Below, piece after piece: positions 27,403 to 38,500 of a stretch of 64,000 nt of DNA. Every line of letters begins with the position of its first letter. The first letter of the stretch is position 1. A program made the position numbers and the translations under genes. The notes below the pieces were generated by a model. That model had not been told where the DNA came from, did not search any database, and was given only the letters and a program-made list of their open reading frames with translations. This stretch comes from Spirochaetota bacterium (GTDB lineage Bacteria; Spirochaetota; Spirochaetia; Treponematales; Rectinemataceae), in contig JAPLSO010000033.1 of the NCBI GenBank assembly GCA_026398595.1, positions 25,028 to 89,027 on the forward strand. Reading direction: 5' to 3'.

Positions 27403-29168
27403 GCCAGACTATTGGGCATGTCAGGGCCGTCAACGGCAATATGGTGTCGACGCGTATCTCAGGCGTCGTGTCTATGAACGAGGTAGCCTACATCCTTTCA
27501 CAGGGAAGGCGCCTCAAGAGCGAGGTCATCCGCATCCTGGGCGATGAAGCCCAGGTCCAGGTCTTCGAGATCACCAAGGGCATAAAGATCGGCGACGAAG
27601 TCTCCTTCTCCGGCGAAATGCTCTCCGTAGAGCTTGGGCCGGGCCTCCTGGGTCAGATCTACGATGGCCTCCAGAACCCCCTTCCCGAGATAGCGGCCAA
27701 GTCGGGATATTTCCTCGAACCGGGAAACTACCTCCAGGCCCTTCCCCGCGGCCAGCTTTGGCCCTTCACGCCCTTGGCCAAGGTCGGCGAGCTACTTTTC
27801 AAGGCGCAGGTCCTCGGCTCGGTGCCCGAGCGCAATTTTACCCACTTCATCATGCTCCCCTTCGACATGGAAGGCTCCTGGAAACTGGTCGATATTGTCG
27901 GCGCCGGGGAATACCACGTCGACGACAGGATAGCCGTCGTCGAGAACGAACGCGGGACGAGACGTGATCTCACCATGACCTTCTTCTGGCCGGTCAAGCG
28001 CTCGATCGACTGTTACGCCGAGCGCCTCAAACCCTCGGAACCCATGGTTACGAAGACCCGCATCATCGACACCTTCTTCCCCGTAGCCAAGGGCGGCACC
28101 TACTGCATTCCCGGACCCTTCGGCGCCGGAAAGACGGTGCTCCAGCAGGTGACCAGCCGCAACGCCGACGTCGATATCGTCATCATAGCGGCCTGCGGCG
28201 AGCGAGCGGGCGAGGTCGTCGAAACTCTCAAGGAATTTCCCCACATCGTGGACCCCAAGACCGGCCGGTCCCTCATGGAGCGGACCATCATCATCTGCAA
28301 CACGTCGAGCATGCCCGTGGCGGCACGCGAAGCTTCCGTGTACACGGCAGTCACCCTCGCCGAATACTACCGGCAGATGGGGCTGGACGTTCTGCTGCTC
28401 GCCGACTCGACGAGCCGCTGGGCCCAGGCCATGCGCGAGATGTCGGGCAGGCTGGAAGAGATCCCCGGCGAGGAAGCGTTCCCCGCCTACCTCGAATCGG
28501 TAATCGCGGCCTTCTACGAGCGGGCGGGCATCGTTCGGCTCTATAACGGCTCTAAAGGCTCGGTTACGATCGGTGGAACGGTTTCTCCGGCAGGCGGCAA
28601 CTTCGAGGAGCCCGTCACCCAGGCCACCCTCAAGGTCGTGGGCGCCTTCCACGGACTCTCGAGGGAGCGATCGGACGCCCGCAAGTACCCCGCCATCCAT
28701 CCACTGGACTCCTGGACCAAGTACCGCGGGATCATGCCCGGCAAGGCCGTGAGCTACGCCCACTCCTTCCTCGAGCGAAGCGCCGAGGTCGGATCCATGA
28801 TGAAGGTCGTTGGCGAGGAGGGCACGAGCCTCGAGGACTACATCGTCTACCTGAAGGGCGATTTCCTCGATGCGGTCTACCTCCAGCAGAACTCCTTCGA
28901 CCCCGTGGACCAGGCGGTTTCGCCCCAAAAGCAGAAGAAGATGTTCGGCCTCGTCCTGGAGATACTGGCTTCCGCGCTCGATCTCAAGGACAAAGAGGAC
29001 GCCCGGTCCTGGTTCTACGAGCTGAGGCAGGCTTTCCTCGACCTGAACGGCGCCGAAGAGACTTCAGGGCTCCACGCCTCGTCCTTGGAGAAGATCCGAC
29101 AGGCTCTGGCCTCGCGCCACCCCGTCCTGGAGAGCCTGGGACGCGAAGTCCTCGCATCACTGGAGTAA
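27399..29168 (+). CDS. atpA: V-type ATP synthase catalytic subunit A
   Basis: Starts at ATG 27399 (MSQTIGHVRAVNGNMV), overlapping the upstream stop. Walker A is GPFGAGKTV, followed by LLADSTSRWAQAMREMSGRLEE. The ORF-track start at 27282 is an upstream extension. Confidence 0.95.
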   Translation: MSQTIGHVRAVNGNMVSTRISGVVSMNEVAYILSQGRRLKSEVIRILGDEAQVQVFEITKGIKIGDEVSFSGEMLSVELGPGLLGQIYDGLQNPLPEIAAKSGYFLEPGNYLQALPRGQLWPFTPLAKVGELLFKAQVLGSVPERNFTHFIMLPFDMEGSWKLVDIVGAGEYHVDDRIAVVENERGTRRDLTMTFFWPVKRSIDCYAERLKPSEPMVTKTRIIDTFFPVAKGGTYCIPGPFGAGKTVLQQVTSRNADVDIVIIAACGERAGEVVETLKEFPHIVDPKTGRSLMERTIIICNTSSMPVAAREASVYTAVTLAEYYRQMGLDVLLLADSTSRWAQAMREMSGRLEEIPGEEAFPAYLESVIAAFYERAGIVRLYNGSKGSVTIGGTVSPAGGNFEEPVTQATLKVVGAFHGLSRERSDARKYPAIHPLDSWTKYRGIMPGKAVSYAHSFLERSAEVGSMMKVVGEEGTSLEDYIVYLKGDFLDAVYLQQNSFDPVDQAVSPQKQKKMFGLVLEILASALDLKDKEDARSWFYELRQAFLDLNGAEETSGLHASSLEKIRQALASRHPVLESLGREVLASLE

Positions 29169-29171
29169 GCG

Positions 29172-30467
29172 ATGAACAAGATCTACTCGCGCATAGAATC
29201 CATCACGGGCAACGTGATCTCCGTCAAGGCCGAGGACGTCGCCTACGGCGAGCTCGCCCGAGTGTCGACCCGCTACGGTTCCTCCCTCGCCGAGACGATA
29301 CGCCTCGATGGGGATTCGGCCTACCTCCAGGTCTTCTCGGGCGGAAGAGGCGTCTCGACGGGGGACGAGGTCAAGTTCCTCGGCCACCCCATGCAGGTGA
29401 GCTTCTCCGACGACCTCATGGGGCGGATCTTCGACGGCGCGGGCCAGCCCCGCGACGGTGGACCGGCGCTCACGGACAACCTTGTGTCCATCGTGGGCCC
29501 CTCAGTCAATCCCTACAACCGCATCATCCCCCGCGAGATGATTCGAACGGGTATCCCGATGATCGACCTCTTCAACACCCTCGTGAAGAGCCAGAAGCTG
29601 CCGATCTTCTCGGTCTCGGGGGAGCCCTACAACGAGCTTCTGGCGCGCATCGCCATGCAGGCTGAGGTCGACCTCATCATCTTGGGCGGCATGGGACTCA
29701 AATACGACGACTATTTGGGCTTCAAGACCACCCTCGAGGAGGGAGGCTCCCTGGCCAAGACGATCATGTTCGTCCATACGGCGGCCGACCCCGTCGTCGA
29801 GTGCCTTATGGTGCCCGACATGGCCCTGGCCGTGGCCGAGAGATTCGCCCTCAAGGGCAAGAACGTTCTCGTCCTCCTCACCGACATGACGAATTTCGCC
29901 GACGCCCTCAAGGAGATCTCGATCACGCAGGAACAGGTCCCCTCCAACCGCGGCTATCCGGGCGATCTCTATTCCCAGCTGGCCGCTCGATACGAGAAGG
30001 CCGTCGATTTCTCGGACGCAGGTTCGATCACCATCCTCGCCGTAACCACCATGCCAGGCGACGACGTCACCCACCCCGTACCTGACAACACGGGCTACAT
30101 CACCGAAGGCCAATTCTACCTCAAGGGCGGTCACATTGAGCCCTTCGGCTCACTCTCGCGACTTAAGCAGCAGGTCAACGGCAAGACGAGGGACGACCAC
30201 CGTTCCATCATGGACGGCATGATCAAGCTCTTCGCCGCCTACCGCGACACCCTCGAGAAGAAGTCCATGGGCTTCCAGATGACGCCCTGGGACAAGAAGC
30301 TGCTCAAGTACGGCCTCCTATTCGAGCGTAAGATGATGGATCTCTCGGTCAACATCAGCCTGGAAAAGGCCCTGGACGAGGGCTGGGAAATACTCGCCGA
30401 ATGCTTCGAACCTAGGGAGACGGGCCTCAGGTCCGATCTCATCCAGAAATTCTGGCCTAAGAGCTGA
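29172..30467 (+). CDS. atpB: V-type ATP synthase subunit B
   Basis: [42 protein letters not shown] and [28 protein letters not shown] are typical of the non-catalytic B subunit. Confidence 0.95.
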   Translation: MNKIYSRIESITGNVISVKAEDVAYGELARVSTRYGSSLAETIRLDGDSAYLQVFSGGRGVSTGDEVKFLGHPMQVSFSDDLMGRIFDGAGQPRDGGPALTDNLVSIVGPSVNPYNRIIPREMIRTGIPMIDLFNTLVKSQKLPIFSVSGEPYNELLARIAMQAEVDLIILGGMGLKYDDYLGFKTTLEEGGSLAKTIMFVHTAADPVVECLMVPDMALAVAERFALKGKNVLVLLTDMTNFADALKEISITQEQVPSNRGYPGDLYSQLAARYEKAVDFSDAGSITILAVTTMPGDDVTHPVPDNTGYITEGQFYLKGGHIEPFGSLSRLKQQVNGKTRDDHRSIMDGMIKLFAAYRDTLEKKSMGFQMTPWDKKLLKYGLLFERKMMDLSVNISLEKALDEGWEILAECFEPRETGLRSDLIQKFWPKS

Positions 30468-30470
30468 CCG

Positions 30471-31085
30471 ATGTCCAAGATCAAGCTGACCAAGAACGAA
30501 CTCAAGCACCAGAAGGATGCGCTCAAGATGTACGAGCGCTACCTTCCGACGCTCCAGCTCAAGAAGCAGCAGCTCCAGGTCGAAATGTGCGGCATCGAAT
30601 CCCGGCTCGAAGCTTTGCTCGCCGCGAAGGAATCCCTTGAAAAGGACTTCACTGCCTGGATAGCCGTCTTCTCCGAGGAGGACAAGGCACGGACGGGCGA
30701 AGGCCTCCCAATACTCAGGGTAACGGCCCTCCGAACCGCCGAAGGGAACATCGCCGGCGCACACATACCCATCTTTGAAGGGGCCGACTTCGAGTTCCTC
30801 GACTACGATTATTTTTCGACTCCCCTCTGGGTCGACCGGGCCCTCAAGCTCATGCAGAGCACCCTGCTCATCGATCTGGAAAGATCCGTGGTGAGCGAGC
30901 AGCTACGGCTTCTCGGCCTCGAGCTGCGGACAACGACCCAGCGGGTCAACCTCTTCGAGAAGGTGAAGATCCCCGAGACCCAGGCCGACATCAAGCGGAT
31001 ACGGATCTACCTGGGCGACCAACAGACTGCCCAGGTCGTGCGCGGAAAGATAGCCAAGAGGAAGGTCGAGGAGAGTACGCGATGA
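30471..31085 (+). CDS. atpD: V-type ATP synthase subunit D
   Basis: MSKIKLTKNELKHQKDALKMYERYLPTLQLKKQQL...QRVNLFEKVKIPE matches the subunit D pattern. Confidence 0.9.
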   Translation: MSKIKLTKNELKHQKDALKMYERYLPTLQLKKQQLQVEMCGIESRLEALLAAKESLEKDFTAWIAVFSEEDKARTGEGLPILRVTALRTAEGNIAGAHIPIFEGADFEFLDYDYFSTPLWVDRALKLMQSTLLIDLERSVVSEQLRLLGLELRTTTQRVNLFEKVKIPETQADIKRIRIYLGDQQTAQVVRGKIAKRKVEESTR

Positions 31086-32908
31086 TCGCCCGCATGAAGA
31101 AGGTCTTCCTCGTCTTCCTAGAGCGCGACAAGGCCGAAAACCTCAAGAAGCTCAGGGGATTCGGCATGGTCCACCTCGAAACCATAGTCCCCGACACGAT
31201 GGGCTACGAAAAGGCGAGCAAGACCCGCGATGCGCTCTTGAGCGCCCTCAACGTCGTGCCTGCGGTCAAGAAGAACCTTCCCGAGGCGAGGCTGACGACG
31301 GCAGAGGCCATGGCTTTAGCTGAAGAGGTGCTTCGGACCGAGGAGCAGGCGAAGGACCTGCGCGCGAAGTCTTCGGCCATCACCAAGGAACTCGAGCGCA
31401 TCGCCTCCTGGGGGGAATTCAAGCCTTCCGACCTCGCTGTGCTGCGCTCAAGCGGCCTGGACCTGTCCTTCTACGAGTGCGAACCGCAGAACCTCGCCCG
31501 CCTGCCCGAGGAAGCGGAGTTCGTGGTCCTGTCCAGGTCCAAGAAGGGCGCCCGCTTTATCGTCGTAGGGGAAAACGGGCCTGCTCAACGCCTGACACAG
31601 GAATTCAGGCTTTTCAGCCTCCCGCAGGATTCAGCCGCAGCCTTGAGATCCAAACTGGCTGCGATCGACACGGAGATGGCGGCGGGCGCGGCTCGAAACG
31701 AAGCCGCGGGACTGGATGCGGCCTCGTTCAAGCGCGCCGTTCAGGTAGTCGACCAGGAAATTGCCATGGAAATAGCCGGCTCCTCCTTCACGGGGGAAGG
31801 AACACTGACCTACATCAAAGGCTATGTGCCGGAAAAGAACGCAGCCGACCTCGCTGCGTTCTGCCGCGTCCAAGGCTGGGCCCTCCTGAGCGACGATCCG
31901 GTCCTTGAGGACGCGACCCCCACGAAGGTCGAAAACAATGCCGTCGTACGGATGATTCAGCCGGTCATGGATTTTCTCGGCATTGTTCCGGGATACCGGG
32001 AATACGAGATATCGAACTGGTTTCTGGTGTTCTTCACCTTGTTCACCGCCATGATCTTTGGGGACGGCGGCTACGGTGTCATACTTCTTGTCGTCTCCCT
32101 ACTCCTTGCCCTGAAGTCGAAGCGGATGGGCAAACCCGTATCCGATTTCGAAAGGCTCTTCATGCTCCTCGCCTCAGCCACCCTGCTTTGGGGCATGGCC
32201 ACGGGCACCTGGTTCGCCATAGCCTTCAAGAATTTGCCTCCAATCCTGGCCGACCGATCCATCTGGCTGATCTCAGGCGCCAATCCCCAGGCTTCAGAGA
32301 ACATCCAAGTGTTCTGCTTCCTTATAGGCCTTGTCCATCTGCTCATATCCCACGTGAAGAACATCTTCCGCGACCGTGGCAGCCTCAAGTTCCTCGCCCA
32401 GGCCGGGTCGGTATTCATGCTCATCGGGATGTTCTTCTTCGTGCTCAGCATGGTTGTAAACGGCGAGCGATTCCCGGCTCCCGGTTTTGCCCTCTGGTTT
32501 ATCCTCGTCGGCTTCGCCCTCAACTTCGTGTTCGCGGCTTACGCTGGCAGCATCCTGAAAAGCGCCCTTGAAGGACTCAAGAATATCATACCAAACTTCC
32601 TGGGAGCCGTCGGTGTCTTCGCCGACATCGTATCGTACATACGGCTTTGGGCCGTGGGACTGGCGGGGACCTCGCTGGCTTCCATCATCAACCAGATGGG
32701 CGGAGGTATGATGAAGGGCGTGGTGACGGTCTTTGCAGGGCTCACCCTCCTACTCGTGGGACACTCGCTCAACATCGTGCTCAGCGTCTTGTCCGTCATC
32801 GTGCATGGTGTACGGCTCAACACACTCGAATTTTCCAACCATCTCGGAATGGAGTGGTCGGGCATAAAATACGACCCGTTCCGGGTCACATTTTACGAAG
32901 AACCGTAG
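31082..32908 (+). CDS. atpI: V-type ATP synthase subunit I (a-type stator/proton channel)
   Basis: 608 aa: a soluble N-terminal half, then about 7 TM segments. These include the conserved YIRLWAVGLAG...LNIVLSVLSVIVHGVRLNTLEF region. Confidence 0.9.
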   Translation: MIARMKKVFLVFLERDKAENLKKLRGFGMVHLETIVPDTMGYEKASKTRDALLSALNVVPAVKKNLPEARLTTAEAMALAEEVLRTEEQAKDLRAKSSAITKELERIASWGEFKPSDLAVLRSSGLDLSFYECEPQNLARLPEEAEFVVLSRSKKGARFIVVGENGPAQRLTQEFRLFSLPQDSAAALRSKLAAIDTEMAAGAARNEAAGLDAASFKRAVQVVDQEIAMEIAGSSFTGEGTLTYIKGYVPEKNAADLAAFCRVQGWALLSDDPVLEDATPTKVENNAVVRMIQPVMDFLGIVPGYREYEISNWFLVFFTLFTAMIFGDGGYGVILLVVSLLLALKSKRMGKPVSDFERLFMLLASATLLWGMATGTWFAIAFKNLPPILADRSIWLISGANPQASENIQVFCFLIGLVHLLISHVKNIFRDRGSLKFLAQAGSVFMLIGMFFFVLSMVVNGERFPAPGFALWFILVGFALNFVFAAYAGSILKSALEGLKNIIPNFLGAVGVFADIVSYIRLWAVGLAGTSLASIINQMGGGMMKGVVTVFAGLTLLLVGHSLNIVLSVLSVIVHGVRLNTLEFSNHLGMEWSGIKYDPFRVTFYEEP

Positions 32909-32925
32909 AGGAAAGGAGACCAAGA

Positions 32926-33366
32926 ATGGATATTATCGGTTTCATCGGCGCGGCGGCGATCTTTGGGCTTTCGGCCCTCGGCAGCGGCATCGGCGCGGGC
33001 ATAGCCGGACAGGCGGCCATCGGGGCGTGGAAAAGGAACTATACTCAGAACAAGCCGCCCTCCTTTCTTTTAGTGGTGTTCGCCGGCGCCCCCCTCACCC
33101 AGACGATTTACGGTTTCATCGTCATGACCGCGATGAAGGCAACGTTAGCCAGCGGTTCGGGCAATTCCCTGTTTATGCTTGCCATCGGCATTCTCTCCGG
33201 AGCCTCGATCGGCTATTCGGCTGTGGCTCAGGGCCAGTGTTCGGCCGCGAGCTGCGACGCCTTCGGCGAGACCAACAAGGGCTTTGCCCAGGATCTTATC
33301 GTTGTTGGTCTCTGCGAGACCGTGGCCATATTCACGATGGCATTTACCCTCGCCGTCATCGGTTGA
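32926..33366 (+). CDS. atpK: V-type ATP synthase subunit K (c-ring proteolipid)
   Basis: ATG at 32926 is preceded by gaaaggag. MDIIGFIGAAAIFGLSALGSGIGAGIAG...VVGLCETVAIF carries the proteolipid Glu. The ORF-track start at 32647 overlaps atpI. Confidence 0.9.
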   Translation: MDIIGFIGAAAIFGLSALGSGIGAGIAGQAAIGAWKRNYTQNKPPSFLLVVFAGAPLTQTIYGFIVMTAMKATLASGSGNSLFMLAIGILSGASIGYSAVAQGQCSAASCDAFGETNKGFAQDLIVVGLCETVAIFTMAFTLAVIG

Positions 33367-33382
33367 CACTCTTCGAAAAACC

Positions 33383-33411
33383 GCGCACCCGGGCTTCCCG
33401 GGTGCGTTTTT
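33383..33411 (+). terminator. Rho-independent terminator after the V-ATPase operon
   Basis: gcgcacccggg-ctt-cccgggtgcg followed by ttttt. Confidence 0.7.
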
Positions 33412-33463
33412 ATACCCGCCCGCCCCGGTTTTCGAGCTACACCCGTTATTGTATACTCTGCAC

Positions 33464-34537
33464 ATGCATAGAACCGCACGGATCGTCAAAGTCGGCAATG
33501 TCCTTATGGGGGGGGACTTCCCTGTCTCAGTCCAGACCATGTGGAAGAGCCCGCTTCCCCGCTTTGAGGGACAGTGGACTGCCGAGCTCCAGGCGCTGCT
33601 CGACAGGATCGACCGCCTCGCAGGCCTGGGCTGCGACGTCCTGCGCTTCGCCGTCCCCGACGAAACGTCTGCGGATTCCCTCGGGGCCATCGCCTCGAAA
33701 AGCCCCATTCCCCTCGTCGCCGACATCCATTTCGACTGGCGCCTCGCCCTCAGGTGCATGGAGTATCCGATAGCGAAGATCCGGATCAACCCGGGCAACA
33801 TCGGGGCCCGATGGAAGACGGCCGAAGTCGTGGCCAAGGCCAAGGACAAGGGCGTCGCTTTAAGAATCGGGGTGAACGCCGGCTCCCTGCCGCCCGACCT
33901 CACGGATTCGAGGGACCAGGTGGGATCCTGCGTCGAGGCCGCCGAGCGCGAGATCGCGGAGTTCGAGGCCTTGGGCTTCGACCAGGTCCTCGTCTCGATG
34001 AAGCTGAACGAACCTTCTCAGGTCGAGGCGGCCAACCGCCTCTTCGCCTCGAGGCACGACTATCCCCTCCACCTGGGCGTCACCGAGGCAGGCCCCCTCA
34101 TCGCCGGCGTGGCGCGCAACGCCTCGGCCCTCGTACCCCTCCTCCGGGAGGGCATCGGCGCGACCTTGCGCGTTTCGCTCTCCGACAGTGTGGAATCCGA
34201 AGTGATAGCGGGAAGGGAGATCCTGGCCTGCGCCGGTCTTGTCAAAAAGGGCGTACGCATCGTGTCCTGTCCGCGCTGCGGCAGGGCTTCTTTCGATACC
34301 CACGCCTTCCTCGCCTGCTGGTCGGACAGGCTCTACACTCTCAAGGAGCCCATCGAGATAGCCGTGATGGGCTGCGTCGTCAACGGTCCGGGCGAGGCGA
34401 GGCATGCGGAACTAGGAATAACGGGGGCGGGGAGCCAGGTCCTCATTTTCAGAAAGGGGGAGATTGTCAGGCGGGTTGAAGCTGCAGATGCCAATAAGGC
34501 CTTCGGCGAGGAACTCGCGAAGGCCCTTGTCCGCTGA
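33464..34537 (+). CDS. ispG: 4-hydroxy-3-methylbut-2-en-1-yl diphosphate synthase
   Basis: From ATG 33464: MHRTARIVKVGNVLMGGDFPVSVQTM, IPLVADIHFD, IRINPGN, VSCPRCGR and AVMGCVVNGPGE are IspG/GcpE motifs. Confidence 0.9.
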   Translation: MHRTARIVKVGNVLMGGDFPVSVQTMWKSPLPRFEGQWTAELQALLDRIDRLAGLGCDVLRFAVPDETSADSLGAIASKSPIPLVADIHFDWRLALRCMEYPIAKIRINPGNIGARWKTAEVVAKAKDKGVALRIGVNAGSLPPDLTDSRDQVGSCVEAAEREIAEFEALGFDQVLVSMKLNEPSQVEAANRLFASRHDYPLHLGVTEAGPLIAGVARNASALVPLLREGIGATLRVSLSDSVESEVIAGREILACAGLVKKGVRIVSCPRCGRASFDTHAFLACWSDRLYTLKEPIEIAVMGCVVNGPGEARHAELGITGAGSQVLIFRKGEIVRRVEAADANKAFGEELAKALVR

Positions 34538-34541
34538 AGCC

Positions 34542-34937
34542 TCAGACCGGAGAGAGGGGCGTGGCCTTGTCCTCTTCGGATTCCTTTGCGGTTGCGTTCG
34601 CTATTTCACCGACAATCGATGCAACGAGACTCTTGATGAAGGGATCGATGATCGAGTAGACCCTTTTAGTCTTGTTCACCTCGGATGAGACGATTCCCGT
34701 CTTCTTGAGTATGGCCAGATGCTGTGAAACGACGGGCTGGGGCTGGCCGAGGCATCGCCAGAGATCTCCGACGCAGGGGACATCCTGCCGGGTGATGAGA
34801 CAGAGAATCTTCAGGCGGACAGGGTGGCCTACGGCCTTGAACTTGGAAGCGTAAGGTTCGAGGATTTCGTCGTGGCAGAGAGGGGAAGGTTCATTGCTCA
34901 TGGGAATCATCTTAATCCGCCCATCATGCAATTTCAA
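34542..34937 (-). CDS. ArsR/SmtB-family transcriptional regulator
   Basis: FKAVGHPVRLKILCLITRQDVPCVGDLWRCLGQPQPVVSQHLAILKKTGIVSSEVNKTKRVYS is a winged HTH. Only one Cys is present where the ELCVCDL metal site normally sits. Confidence 0.8.
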   Translation of the reverse strand: MKLHDGRIKMIPMSNEPSPLCHDEILEPYASKFKAVGHPVRLKILCLITRQDVPCVGDLWRCLGQPQPVVSQHLAILKKTGIVSSEVNKTKRVYSIIDPFIKSLVASIVGEIANATAKESEEDKATPLSPV

Positions 34938-35003
34938 TAAGCGCAGTTTAGATATATATAAAAAAAAGACTTTATTGCTTTACGGAGGAAACTGGCTTCG
35001 GCC

Positions 35004-35462
35004 TCAGGATCCAGTACTTCGCTCCCGCCTCGAAGCCGCCTCGACGAGGCGGCTGCCCTGAGGAGTTGCTCCCATGGAAGCCTCGGATCGCGATGCCAAG
35101 AGCGATGTAAGGTAGGATGAAAAAGCTCGCTGCGAGCTGGCCGGGCCATCTTCCCCTTCCTCGATGGTGGTAAGCCTTGGCCAGCGATATTCCCGGATGT
35201 CTGAGCCCGAGTATCGGGGGATGAAGACGCAGACCGAGCAATCGCTCTGGGCTTTCGAGCAGAAGATTTGGGAGGCGAGGAGTTCCCCATGGAGGGGGAA
35301 GTCCTCATGCCGAACGACGAGGAGTTCGGGGCGAAGCTCGCCGAGGTTATCCGAGAGTTTGACGGGATCGCGGTATCGGACGATCGAGAAGCGATGGAGG
35401 CGAAGCCGGTGGGAGACGGAGCGGAAGAAGGCATCGTCTTCCGCAAGTACAACAGCTAGCAC
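35004..35462 (-). CDS. Hypothetical protein with receiver-like N-terminus lacking an obvious phospho-acceptor Asp
   Basis: MLAVVLAEDDAFF...RPELLVVRHEDFP resembles CheY strands 1 and 3, with RH where D is expected. Coding status was judged only from composition relative to the overlapping S/P/R-rich frame. Confidence 0.4.
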   Translation of the reverse strand: MLAVVLAEDDAFFRSVSHRLRLHRFSIVRYRDPVKLSDNLGELRPELLVVRHEDFPLHGELLASQIFCSKAQSDCSVCVFIPRYSGSDIREYRWPRLTTIEEGEDGPASSQRAFSSYLTSLLASRSEASMGATPQGSRLVEAASRRERSTGS

Positions 35463-35544
35463 GATGAAAGCCTCGCTTATGGAATAAGAATCATTCTGTG
35501 ATTATACTGGGCAGACTCTACCTGAGACGCCAGGGAAGCATACG

Positions 35545-38500
35545 ATGGACAGAAAAGAACCGCAAGTACTCATAGATAGAATAGCTCGGCTCCCTGCCTA
35601 TACGGAGCTAGAAAAGCGGATTCGCGCCGCGACTTCTGAGCCGATAGGTGTCCTCGATGCGGAAAACTCCTATCTCTCCCTCATAGTCGCTTCGATCAGA
35701 AAGCGGAGCGGTCGACCTTGTGCCATACTCCTCCCTACCGACGCCGAAGCCGAGGACTTCGTCTCCGACCTGGCCTTCTGGGGCATCGAAGCAGAAACCC
35801 TTCCTTGGTGGAGAACGGCCGCCTACCGGCCCTCGGCCGTCCATTCGAAGGTCTTCGGACGGAGAGCTTCGGTACTGTCCCGCCTCGTCCTCGGCGAAGT
35901 ACCCGTCATCGTGGCAAGCCATCGGGCGGCCGGTACGCCCCTGCCGCCTCCTGAGCTCCTGAAAGCGAGTCTTGTACCACTAAGGCGGGGGGATAGGGTT
36001 TCCCCCGAAGGCCTGGCCGATAGGCTCGCAGCCATGGGGTACCTGAGAGTGCCCCGGGTTGCCCTTCCCGGCGAATTCGCCCAGCGGGGCGAAGTGCTGG
36101 ACCTTTTCATGCCAGGGGACTCCTTCGCGCTCAGGGTTCAGTTCGGCTTCGATGAGATTGAAAAGCTGACGCTTTTCGACGCGGAGACGCAGTCGGGCCG
36201 AGATCGGCTGCAGTCGATAGTCGTCAGGCCTCTCAAGGAGATCATCTGGACCGAGGAACGCATCGCGCTGCTCGAAGCCGCGGGCGAAGTCTATCCAGGC
36301 TGCAGGGGGAGGTTGGGGGGCCTGGTTGAGGCTCTGCGCCAGAGCGGCGAGGCTCCAGGAGAGGAGATCTGGTATGCCACGGCTTTAGGCGGCGGTTCAT
36401 CAATTCTCGACTACCTAGTCCCTGAGTGTCTGGTCTTCGAAGTAAACATGGAAAGATTCCAGGCCCAGGACGAATCAACGAGGAAGGAATATGCCGGTCT
36501 CTACCGATCGGCCATCCGCGAATCCCCCGTTCCTCCGCCAGAACGCTGTCTCGTCGAGTATGGCTCGGACCTTGCCTCGCGACCAGGACGAATTCTCTCC
36601 TATGCCCTCAAGGACAAGGAATCCTCGGGAAGGATCGGGATGGGCGGTGAGCCGGCCCGCTCTTTTTTCGGCAACATCCGATATTTCAGGGAGGACCTCG
36701 CTCATTTCGATTCCTTGAAGACCCAGACCTGCATCGCCTTGTCGAGTGAGATCCAGGCCGAACGTCTTACAAGCCTTTTACCCGAATCTGAGGCCATCCT
36801 CTTCGTTGGAGAACTTTCGGCCGGCTTCGTCGTCCCGGCTCTCCACTTGCGGATCGTCCAGGAGCATGAGATCTTCGGCCGAAGGAAGCGCATACCCAAG
36901 AGTCTCTCGACGGTGAAAAGTTCGATCATAGATTCCTTCATCGAGCTGGCGCCCGGCGACTGCATCGTCCACATCAACTATGGAATAGGCAGATTTGCCT
37001 CGATCGAGCGCATGAAGGTCCTTGGCAACGAACGTGACTACATCAAGATAGAGTACGCCGACGCCGAGACTGTCTTCGTCCCCATCGAGCAGGCCAACCT
37101 TGTCCAGCGATACATCGGCAACGAGGGCGAATCGCCCCGGCTGGACAGCCTGGGTTCCAAGTCATGGGATAACCGGAAGAAGAAGGTCCGAAAATCCGTC
37201 GAAGAGCTCGCCGTTCGGCTTATACGGATCTACGCCCGGCGGAAGGCCGCCAAGGGTTTCGCCTTCCCCAAGGACGGGGAGTGGCAGACGGAGTTTGAGG
37301 CTTCTTTTCCCTATGAGGAGACGATTGACCAGCTCAAGTGCATAGAGGATATAAAGGCCGACATGGAGGCGCCGAAGCCTATGGACAGACTAATCTGCGG
37401 CGATGTCGGCTACGGAAAGACCGAAGTCGCCTTGCGCGCCTGTTTTAAAGCCATGATGTCGGGCAAGCAGGTGGCCTTCCTCGCTCCCACGACCATCCTC
37501 GCCGAGCAGCACTTCGAGAACTTCAGGGAGAGGCTGCAGGACTATCCAATCCAGGTGGCCATGCTCTCACGCCTCGTCGACAGGAAACTGCAGAAGAAGA
37601 ACCTGAAAGGCCTCGCCGACGGTTCCATCGACATGATCGTCGGGACGCACCGTATCCTCCAGAAGGACGTCGCCTTCAAGGAACTTGGTCTCCTCGTCAT
37701 TGACGAGGAGCAGCGCTTCGGGGTCAAGGACAAGGAGAAGCTCAAGGAATTGAAGGCTGGCATCGACTGCCTCACCCTCACGGCGACGCCTATACCTCGT
37801 ACCCTCCATATGTCCATGCTCAAAATACGGGACATGTCCATCCTGCAGACTCCCCCCGCCAACCGTCAATCCATTCAGACTTACGTCGAGGAATTCAAGC
37901 CCGAGGTGGTCGCCAAGGCCATCAGGGCTGAGATGGAGCGCGGCGGTCAGGTCTTCTACCTCCACAACAGGGTTGAAAGTCTCCCCGAGATCGAGTACTT
38001 CATCCGCTCCATCGTCCCCGAAGCCCTGACGGAGTCGGCCCACGGCCAGATGGATCCAGGGGAGCTCGAGGATATCATGCACCGCTTCATTCACGGCGCC
38101 TTCCACGTACTCGTCTCAACCACCATCATCGAGAACGGCATCGACATCCCCAACGTCAACACCATCATCATCGACAGGGCTGACTTCTTCGGCGTATCCC
38201 AGCTCTATCAGCTGAAAGGGAGGGTGGGAAGGAGCGATCGCGAGGCTTACGCCTACCTGCTCTACCCCGACAAGCGCTCCCTCTCCGAGATAGCGATGAA
38301 GCGGCTCCAGATCATCTCCGACTTTACCGAACTGGGGAGCGGCTTCAAGATAGCTATTAAGGATCTCGAGGTGAGGGGGGCGGGGAACCTCCTGGGCCGG
38401 GAGCAGTCGGGCGACATCTACTCGGTCGGCTTCGATCTCTATCTCAAACTCCTGGACGAAGCGGTGAACGCTCTCTCGGGGTCTGGCCCCGAGGAGGATG

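Noticed and set aside
27792-28928. 378-aa minus-strand ORF inside atpA, with similar ones in atpB (29502..30134).
   Set aside because: They are antisense to clearly conserved V-ATPase A/B subunits. They have no motifs and the open frame is explained by GC3 bias.
33145-34479. Long ORFs overlapping ispG (33574..34479 plus strand, 301 aa; 33145..33903 minus strand, 252 aa), and the 5-prime extension 33179..33463 of the ispG frame.
   Set aside because: They are Arg/Pro-rich alternative frames. The ispG frame from ATG 33464 has all family motifs, and the extension would run through the atpK terminator.
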